Source: Magnetococcales bacterium DC0425bin3 (GTDB lineage: Bacteria; Pseudomonadota; Magnetococcia; Magnetococcales; DC0425bin3). From it: a DNA stretch of 64,000 bases. This document shows, one piece after another, positions 57,676-64,000 of the stretch. The notes under the pieces are model-generated. The model saw nothing but the letters and a program-made list of their open reading frames with translations, had not been told where the DNA came from and ran no database searches. The DNA is taken from NCBI GenBank assembly GCA_002753665.1, contig PEAP01000004.1, positions 1,516 through 65,515 of the forward strand. Reading direction: 5' to 3'. Every line of letters starts with the position of its first letter. The first letter of the stretch is position 1. Position numbers and translations under genes: made by a program.

Positions 57676-59544
57676 TCAGATCGTCAGGAACAGGGTCGGC
57701 AGACCGGTCTTTTCCCGGACCAGGGCCGCCGCATCCCGGGCCAGGGTCTTCTCCACGAAGGGTCCCACCAGCACCTGGGTCAGGGGCCGGCCACCCATGG
57801 TGGTCTTCTTCAGGAAATGGTCGATGCCCCGTTGGCTCAGCTTCTGGATCGCCTGCAGGGCGTCCTCTTCCCGGTCGAACACCCCCACCAGCACCGCATA
57901 GCGGCCCTCGAATTCCGGTCTGTCGGCGGCGGGGGTCACGGCCGCCCTGGTGTCGTGGTGGGGCTCTGGGGGACGGCTGGCGGGGCTGCGGGTCAGGGGC
58001 GCCAACGACGATCCTGGGAAGGGGGCGCTGGTCTGCAGCGGGTCCGTGGATTCCCGGGGACCCGGATCATCCATATCCATCATGGGCGCCATGGCTGCCG
58101 CCGGCGGCGGCAAAGGGGCTTCTTCCTCGTCATCCGCCTGGGACAAACTCCGGAGACCGACGGGCATGGCTTTGGAGACCGTCGCGGGGGCCGGAAGGTC
58201 CTGCTCGGTCACGGAGGCATCCGCGACGCGAGGAACGGTCATGCCGGCTGCTTCCATGGATGCTGGTTTGCCGGATCCGGATGATTTGTGGGTCTGCTGA
58301 CTTTCCTTTGACGGCTGGTTTGGCGAAAGTCTGGCGGTTTTGGGTTCTTCGGGGGTCTTCACCCGCCGGGAGGCCGCCTGTTGGGGACGGTCCAGCATGG
58401 TGATCACTGCGTCCATTTCGGTCCGTCGCTTGATCACCTGGACGGCGCGTTCCGCCTGGGCGCGGTCGGCGAATGGCCCCACCAGCAGGCGAGTAAAGGG
58501 ACGCCCACCGACCATCACGGCCTGCACCAGGCTGGGAATGCCATGTCCGGACAGCAGTCCCTTGGCCAACCGCACATTGGTGTCCAGGGAGAAGGAACCG
58601 GCCAGGACCATGAACCGTCCGGTTTGCGGAGCCGGCAGTTCGTTGGGGGGAAACAGGGCCGGCGCCGGATCCACCGGATCGGAGGCGTCCAGCCGGTCGG
58701 CGGTGATCAAAGGAATGGCCTCCAGGCCGGTGGCGGTCTGGATCATGCGGGAGGCCACCAGGGCATCCTGACCATTGGCGAATGGCCCCACGATCACATG
58801 GCTGTAGCTCCGCTCCAGGACCGGAGATTCATGGATGGTGGAGGCGATGCCATGGCTGGTGAGCTTGTCCCGGGCCCGCTGGGTCTCCTGGGGATCGGTG
58901 AAGGACCCCACCAGGGAAAAATGTCGTCCCGGCCGAATCGGTGGATAGGAGGCGGGCAGTTGCACGACCAGCGGTTCCAGGGGGGGTCCCATGGGACGGT
59001 CCACGGCCATCCGGGCCGGCTGGGGAGCAGATTCGGTGTACTCCTCGGCAACGGGCAGGGCCTGTTCCAGCTCACCCATGGCGCCGGCTGGGCCCGCCGC
59101 GGCCGGGGGAAGGCTGCCCGGGTTGGGCACCAGCAGCATCGCTTCCAGCTCATCCAGGCTGATGGCCCGTTCCAGGGGCTGGCCGTTCCTGCCGGCCATG
59201 GAGTCGGTGCCCGGGCCGGTCCCGGTGGCCAGATCCGCGGTTTCCACGGTCTTTCTGGTCAGGGTGGGGTAGGTGCCGCTCACTTCCCGTGCCGCTCCGG
59301 GAGCCGGGGGTTCCGGAATTGCGACGACCGCCTTGTCATCCTTGATGAATCTGGACACCAGGGGCAACGAAGCCGTGACGCCAGCGCCGCCGATGACTGA
59401 CCAGAAGGTGATGGCCGCCAGGATTCCCCACCCACGCTGTGGAAGTCTGATCAGGTGACCCCGAATGGACATCAAGGTTTGGGCGAGGTTGTCCGTGTTG
59501 GTGTTCGGGGGCGATTGCGACTGTGCCGCGTCGATCCGGTCCAT
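57676..59544 (-). CDS. SPOR-domain protein (three SPOR repeats, N-terminal TM)
   Basis: 622 aa with three units of the type GRYAVLVGVFDREEDALQAIQKL...VLVGPF. Pro/Ala-rich linkers. Confidence 0.8.
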   Translation of the reverse strand: MDRIDAAQSQSPPNTNTDNLAQTLMSIRGHLIRLPQRGWGILAAITFWSVIGGAGVTASLPLVSRFIKDDKAVVAIPEPPAPGAAREVSGTYPTLTRKTVETADLATGTGPGTDSMAGRNGQPLERAISLDELEAMLLVPNPGSLPPAAAGPAGAMGELEQALPVAEEYTESAPQPARMAVDRPMGPPLEPLVVQLPASYPPIRPGRHFSLVGSFTDPQETQRARDKLTSHGIASTIHESPVLERSYSHVIVGPFANGQDALVASRMIQTATGLEAIPLITADRLDASDPVDPAPALFPPNELPAPQTGRFMVLAGSFSLDTNVRLAKGLLSGHGIPSLVQAVMVGGRPFTRLLVGPFADRAQAERAVQVIKRRTEMDAVITMLDRPQQAASRRVKTPEEPKTARLSPNQPSKESQQTHKSSGSGKPASMEAAGMTVPRVADASVTEQDLPAPATVSKAMPVGLRSLSQADDEEEAPLPPPAAAMAPMMDMDDPGPRESTDPLQTSAPFPGSSLAPLTRSPASRPPEPHHDTRAAVTPAADRPEFEGRYAVLVGVFDREEDALQAIQKLSQRGIDHFLKKTTMGGRPLTQVLVGPFVEKTLARDAAALVREKTGLPTLFLTI

Positions 59545-59674
59545 TATTGAGATCCCTTTCAGCGCCCCGAGCGAACTCGATGGGCCCGTATGACATCAAG
59601 GGATGATTAGCAAAAAACAGACCAATAATCAGAGACGAACAACCGACCGGAAACGGGAGCAGAATGGCAGAATC

Positions 59675-59707
59675 GGGAGCCTGTCGCCAAGGAAGCGACA
59701 GGCTCCC
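59675..59707 (-). terminator. 13-bp-stem hairpin just after the DAHP synthase stop
   Basis: GGGAGCCTGTCGC-CAAGGAA-GCGACAGGCTCCC, 7 nt from the stop. No clear U-tract. Confidence 0.5.
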
Positions 59708-59713
59708 AGGAAA

Positions 59714-61060
59714 TCATCTGGCCGACGTGGACAGTTCGGTAATCATGAAGGCCAGATCCAGGCTCTGGGCGGCGTTGAGCCGTGGATCGCAGGTGGTCCG
59801 GTAACGTTCGGTCAGGTCTTCGGCCCGCACTTCGTGGGAACCGCCGAGACATTCGGTCACGTCGTCCCCGGTCAGCTCGAAATGGACCCCGCCCGGGATG
59901 GAGCCCTCGGCGGCGTGGATGGCGAAGAATTGTTTCAATTCTGCCAGGATGTGGTCCAGGGCACGGGTTTTGAAGTCGTTGACCGTGTGGGTGTTGCCAT
60001 GCATGGGGTCGCAGCTCCAGACCACCTTTCGGCCTTCGCGCTGGATGGTCCGTACCAGGCGCGGGAGAACCTTGGCGATCTTGCCGTGACCAAAGCGGGT
60101 GATCAGGGTCAGGCGACCGGGCAAATTGTCGGGATTGAGGCGGTCGCACAGGCCGATGAGGTCGTCATCGGTGATGTCGGGTCCCACCTTGCAGCCCAGG
60201 GGATTGCCGACGCCCCGCAGGAACTCCACGTGGGCGCCGTTCAACTGCCGGGTGCGTTCGCCGATCCACAGCAGATGGGCGGAGCAGTCGTAATAGTTGC
60301 CGGTCAGGGAGTCCTGCCTGGTCAGGGCTTCCTCGTATTCCAGGATCAAAGCCTCATGGGAGGTGAAGTATTCGACCTCGCGCAGCACCGGGGTGTTGTC
60401 GGAGTCGATGCCGACCACCTTCATGAAGGCCAGGGCGTCGCTGATCTTTTCCGCCAGGCGGGCGTATTTCTGTCCCTGGGGGGAGTGGGCGACGAAGTCC
60501 TGGTTCCACACATGGAGCTTGTTCAGGTCGGCGAAGCCGCCGCTGGTGAAGGCCCGCAGCAGATTGAGGGTGCTGGCGGATTGGAAATAGGCCCGCTCCA
60601 GGCGCTGGGGGTCTGGCTGCCGGGCCTCTTCGGAGAAGGAGGGATCGTTGACCGACTCTCCGCGGAAGCTGGGCAGGGAGACGCCGTTGACGGTCTCCAT
60701 GGGGCTGGAACGGGGTTTGGCGAACTGGCCGGCGATGCGTCCCACTTTGATCACCGGCTTGCCCATGCCGAACGTCAGGATGACCGCCATCTGCAGCAGG
60801 ACTTTCAGCTTGTCCCGGATGGAGTTGGCAGAAAAATCGTGGAACGATTCCGCGCAGTCGCCACCCTGGAGCAGGAAGGCTTCGCCCCGGCAGACCCGCT
60901 CCAGATGGCTTTGCAGGGAGCGGACTTCGCCGGCGAACACCAGGGGCGGGTATTTGCGCAGCGCCTGGCAGGTGGTGTTGAGGGCGTTGACATCCGGCCA
61001 ATCGGGTTGTTGCAGGGCGGCCAATTGGCGCCAGGAATCGGGCTTCCAGGGCGTGGACAC
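59714..61060 (-). CDS. Class II 3-deoxy-7-phosphoheptulonate (DAHP) synthase
   Basis: 448 aa from GTG 61060 (SD AAGGAAG 8 nt upstream). FLLQGGDCAESF and IAGQFAKPRSSP motifs. Confidence 0.85.
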   Translation of the reverse strand: MSTPWKPDSWRQLAALQQPDWPDVNALNTTCQALRKYPPLVFAGEVRSLQSHLERVCRGEAFLLQGGDCAESFHDFSANSIRDKLKVLLQMAVILTFGMGKPVIKVGRIAGQFAKPRSSPMETVNGVSLPSFRGESVNDPSFSEEARQPDPQRLERAYFQSASTLNLLRAFTSGGFADLNKLHVWNQDFVAHSPQGQKYARLAEKISDALAFMKVVGIDSDNTPVLREVEYFTSHEALILEYEEALTRQDSLTGNYYDCSAHLLWIGERTRQLNGAHVEFLRGVGNPLGCKVGPDITDDDLIGLCDRLNPDNLPGRLTLITRFGHGKIAKVLPRLVRTIQREGRKVVWSCDPMHGNTHTVNDFKTRALDHILAELKQFFAIHAAEGSIPGGVHFELTGDDVTECLGGSHEVRAEDLTERYRTTCDPRLNAAQSLDLAFMITELSTSAR

Positions 61061-61079
61061 GGATTGGACTTCCTTTTGA

Positions 61080-61148
61080 TTTTGAATGGGTGGGGGAAGC
61101 CTCCCGCCACCCGCCACCGATGACCGTCGTGGCGCGACAGTCACGGTA
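61080..61148 (-). repeat. Two-hairpin repeat, copy 8
   Basis: Minus-strand reading: TACCGTGACTGTCGCGCCACGACGGTCATCGGTGGCGGGTGGCGGGAGGCTTCCCCCACCCATTCAAAA. Lies 19 nt upstream of the DAHP synthase start. Confidence 0.85.
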
Positions 61149-61538
61149 CGATCTGTTGGATCAATGACCCCCGTCACGGGGACGAAAGTCAGATACCGAT
61201 ACATCTTTCTCCAGGCGGCGGCAAGGGTTCCAAGCAACCAACCCCCCCCATCAGTCGGTTTCCCAGTGAATGGCTTTCTGGACGCTCAAAAACCTGTCGC
61301 AGAATGGCCATCCATGGACATTCTGCTCGTCGTGAGGCGAATACGAGTTTTTCTTCTCCCTTCCGGAATCAAACGGTTGCGCCGATTGATTCCGGAAGCG
61401 CATCACTGCGCCCCAGGTCATGACGCATTATGCGGCAAACTTCACTTCGGCGAAGTTGATGGACTGAAAAAGTGGCCTTCGCGGGCCAAGAGACCGTGCC
61501 CCGCAAAGAAGGCGATGGAATTGGGCTGGCAACAGACC

Positions 61539-61568
61539 TTGACTCACGCCAGACGCAAAGGCTATACT
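61539..61568 (+). promoter_or_regulatory. Sigma70-type promoter for tRNA-Val
   Basis: TTGACT (61539-61544), 18-nt spacer, TATACT (61563-61568). Lies about 33 nt upstream of the tRNA 5' end. Confidence 0.6.
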
Positions 61569-61600
61569 AGGAAGCTCTGATGGACGCACCCGGATTTTTA

Positions 61601-61675
61601 GGGCGGCTAGCTCAGCGGGAGAGCACTGCCTTCACACGGCAGGGGTCACAGGTTCAAATCCTGTGCCGCCCACCA
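61601..61675 (+). tRNA. tRNA-Val (anticodon CAC)
   Basis: Cloverleaf folded by hand. Acceptor GGGCGGC/GCCGCCC, D stem GCTC/GAGC, anticodon stem CTGCC/GGCAG with loop TTCACAC, T arm ACAGG-TTCAAAT-CCTGT, encoded CCA. Confidence 0.93.
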
Positions 61676-61692
61676 TCCAAGATCAAAGAGTT

Positions 61693-61718
61693 AGGCCACT
61701 TTTCGGAGTGGCCTTTTT
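61693..61718 (+). terminator. Rho-independent terminator after tRNA-Val
   Basis: AGGCCACT-TTTCGG-AGTGGCCT followed by TTTTT. Confidence 0.85.
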
Positions 61719-61840
61719 CGTTTCAGCAATCAAATAGCAATCATATTGGAAGCGGGGCCGGTAGACTTGCCTGGGGCGCAGGACGGGGAGCAGGGCCTGC
61801 AGAACGTTCAAAATGGCCTGGGGGGGTCCAAGGGTTTGTC

Positions 61841-63409
61841 ATGGAGACCAATATGGGACGAACATCCGACCAGGCTGCGGGAGCGTTTCTCCACTTGTGG
61901 AGCCTGTTGGCTCTGCTTCTGACCCTGGCCGCCATGGCCCAGTGGTATTTCATCCCCATCCACCATGATGTGGCGTGGAGTCTGTTCGCCGCCCAACGGA
62001 TGCTGGAAGGGGGGCGGTATGTGTCCGATATTTTCGACATGAACCCTCCCCTGATCTACCTGCTGTTCATGCCAGGTCCCGCCCTGGAAAAGCTGCTGCC
62101 TCTGGATTCCTACCAGATCACCGTCTATTGGATCGGTCTGTTGGTCCTGGTCAGCGCAGTCCTTTGGTACCCGCAACTGCTGAGGATCTTGCAGGGCAAA
62201 CGCCGCCTGGCCGGCTGGGTCACCCTGGGTCTGGCCCTGACGCTGATGCTGGGTCCGGGATTCGATTTTGCCCAGCGGGAACATTTTATCGTCATTTTGA
62301 TCATGCCCTGGCTCGTGGGTTTTGCCGGAGAAGACCCGGCCGGCGCTTCGCGGGTGACCGTCGGCTCTTGTCTCGCCATGGTGTTCGCTGCCCTGGGATT
62401 CGCCATCAAGCCCTATTATCTGCTCCTGCCCGCTGCCCTGCTGTTCATTCAAGTGGTTCGACGCCGCAGCGTGGCCCCCCTGCTGGATCCGCATCTGGCC
62501 ATTCTGACCCTCACCGGGTTGCTCTATCTGGGGTTCGCAGCGGTCTTCCATCCGGAATTCTTCGCCATGGTCAAAATGACCCGGGAGACCTATTTCGGGT
62601 TGGATCAGCCGGTTCGGAATCTTTTCGACCATCCGTTATGGGTGACCGTCCTGGTGCCTGCGGCAGCCTGGTTTCTTCCGCAGCTTCGGCCGGTTCGGAG
62701 GGTAAGCCTCCTGTTGGCCGCGGCCGGGATTCTGGCCGTGATCCCCTATTTCATCCAGCTCAAAGGTTGGTCGAATCACCTGCTTCCCGTGTTTCTACTC
62801 CTGCAGGCCAGTCTGATGGTCATGGCCCTGGAGGCGATCGGTCGGCTGGGGGTCACAGAAGACCGGAGGACTGTGCGTTTCGGTTTGGCGGGGCTGTTGC
62901 TGCTGTTGGTCTTCCTGCTGACCGTCCATCCAAGCGGCGGCAAGCACTTTTTCCGGAGCCTGGGTCCCGAGTGGCGTGACAATGAGGTGACCCAAGCCAT
63001 CAGGACCCTGGCGCCCGGCGCCAATCTGGCGCTGTTCTCCACCGATATTCATCTCATGATGAGCCTCTTCTATTATTCGGGCGGGGGTTTGGGGCAACGG
63101 TGGTGTACCCTGTCGGTGGTTCCCGGCATCTTGAAACTGCGCGCAACCGGCAACCAGGAACTCGCCGACCATTACAGTCGGATGATCCGTCGCATGATGG
63201 TCGAGGATCTGGAACGCTACCGTCCGGCACTGGTTTGGGTGGACATCGCGCAGGAAAAATATCGCATAGGACAGGGATTCGATTATATTGATTTTTTTAT
63301 GGAAAATCCGGAATTCATCAAGACCTGGAGCCATTACACCCTGTTGAGCAGCGGACCGAAATGGTCAGTGTATGTTCGAAGGCAATTCCTCAACCCCCTT
63401 TCATCATGA
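61841..63409 (+). CDS. Polytopic membrane protein, GT-C (ArnT/PMT-like) glycosyltransferase candidate
   Basis: 522 aa from ATG 61841. About 10-12 TM helices followed by a soluble C-terminal domain. The upstream part of the ORF-track entry runs through the tRNA and is spurious. Confidence 0.45.
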   Translation: METNMGRTSDQAAGAFLHLWSLLALLLTLAAMAQWYFIPIHHDVAWSLFAAQRMLEGGRYVSDIFDMNPPLIYLLFMPGPALEKLLPLDSYQITVYWIGLLVLVSAVLWYPQLLRILQGKRRLAGWVTLGLALTLMLGPGFDFAQREHFIVILIMPWLVGFAGEDPAGASRVTVGSCLAMVFAALGFAIKPYYLLLPAALLFIQVVRRRSVAPLLDPHLAILTLTGLLYLGFAAVFHPEFFAMVKMTRETYFGLDQPVRNLFDHPLWVTVLVPAAAWFLPQLRPVRRVSLLLAAAGILAVIPYFIQLKGWSNHLLPVFLLLQASLMVMALEAIGRLGVTEDRRTVRFGLAGLLLLLVFLLTVHPSGGKHFFRSLGPEWRDNEVTQAIRTLAPGANLALFSTDIHLMMSLFYYSGGGLGQRWCTLSVVPGILKLRATGNQELADHYSRMIRRMMVEDLERYRPALVWVDIAQEKYRIGQGFDYIDFFMENPEFIKTWSHYTLLSSGPKWSVYVRRQFLNPLSS

Positions 63410-63507
63410 TGGCCATGCGCCGATCATGATGGGGAGAGGCATCCTCGATGGCCAATCTCCCTGACCCATGCTAGATTTTGCTCGCCGGTTTCCCCCTCTT
63501 TCCTGCT

Positions 63508-63575
63508 GCCGAGCAAGTCGCGACGCGACAGTCATCGGTGGAGGGTGGAGGGTGGTTTCCCCCATCCATCCAAAG
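63508..63575 (+). repeat. Two-hairpin repeat, copy 9
   Basis: GCCGAGCAAGTCGC-GAC-GCGACAGTCATCGG, then TGGAGGGTGGAGGG-TGGT-TTCCCCCATCCATCCAAAG. Lies 15 nt upstream of ATG 63591. Confidence 0.9.
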
Positions 63576-63590
63576 TTGGCGAGGCAGTTC

Positions 63591-64000
63591 ATGAACATCC
63601 TGCTGGTCAAGGCCCCCGAGGTGGACTTCTTCATGCTGGACAAACCGGTCCAGCAGCGTTCAATCGCCACTCCGGTCCTGCCCCAGGGGATCCTTCATCT
63701 GGGCACTTGGATCAAGGATCGCCTGCCCGGAACCCGGATCCGCTATGTGGATCTGCACCTGGACGCCTACGATCTCTATCAGGCCGAACAGCGGTTTCCG
63801 GACCCGGATACCTGGTTTCACCGGCGGCTGTGGGAAGCGGCAGCGGGGGAAAAGTTCGACATCGTCGGCCTGAGCGCCAACATGAACGCCTTTGCCGACA
63901 ATTTCCACCGCACTGCCCGGGCCGCTCAGGAGACTTTTCCCGGGGCCCTGGTGGTGGCCGGAGGCCACTACCCGTCCAGCTACACCGCCCGGGTGGCCGA
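63591..64000 (+). CDS. B12-binding-domain radical SAM enzyme, N-terminal fragment (3' end outside window)
   Basis: MNILLVKAPEVDFF...PQGILHLGTWIKDRLPG...DIVGLSANMNAF...LVVAGGHYPS is a cobalamin-binding Rossmann-like N-domain. Absent from the ORF track because no stop occurs in the window. Confidence 0.65.
   Translation, partial: MNILLVKAPEVDFFMLDKPVQQRSIATPVLPQGILHLGTWIKDRLPGTRIRYVDLHLDAYDLYQAEQRFPDPDTWFHRRLWEAAAGEKFDIVGLSANMNAFADNFHRTARAAQETFPGALVVAGGHYPSSYTARVA

Noticed and set aside
61601-61675. Integrative element or prophage attached to tRNA-Val.
   Set aside because: No integrase, no phage genes and no direct repeat of the tRNA 3' end are visible within the window. It is kept only as a low-interest hypothesis about an island border.

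Overview
High-GC (about 60-65% by eye) chromosomal window from a Gram-negative, probably proteobacterial genome. All product calls rest on motifs I recognise in the translations; no searches were run. Coding density is high, and most long ORF-track entries are antisense or off-frame shadows. Layout: (1) 0.4-17.9 kb is a Pel-type exopolysaccharide locus (pelB to pelG) with unusual architecture. PelA functions sit on a divergent three-gene operon, PelB is split into a TPR ORF and a porin ORF, and an SDR epimerase lies antisense between pelE and pelF. (2) 18-33 kb holds glycogen genes: glgA, a GH57 enzyme and a glgB carrying a C-terminal Ros/MucR zinc finger. They are interleaved with a cNMP-binding protein, a NIT-PAS-GGDEF-EAL sensor, and an HTH / ParA-like / membrane-ankyrin trio. 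(3) 34-47.7 kb is an accessory biosynthetic island: AsnB-type amidotransferase, two sulfotransferase-type genes in a lower-GC block, one B12-radical SAM, two SPASM radical SAM enzymes, an ABC exporter, an SDR and a stand-alone arsM. (4) 47.8-49.7 kb is a second ankyrin / ParA pair. (5) 49.8-61 kb is housekeeping: HAD, PilZ, argJ, mutT, comF, grxC, C-N hydrolase, SPOR protein, class II DAHP synthase. (6) The window ends with tRNA-Val(CAC), a GT-C-like membrane protein and the start of another B12-radical SAM gene. The most striking non-genic signal is a ~69-bp two-hairpin repeat present in nine copies, all in intergenic gaps or at gene ends. Three copies supply stop codons and three sit 15-19 nt upstream of start codons. 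Long poly-G tracts (12 and 16 nt) lie in two intergenic regions.
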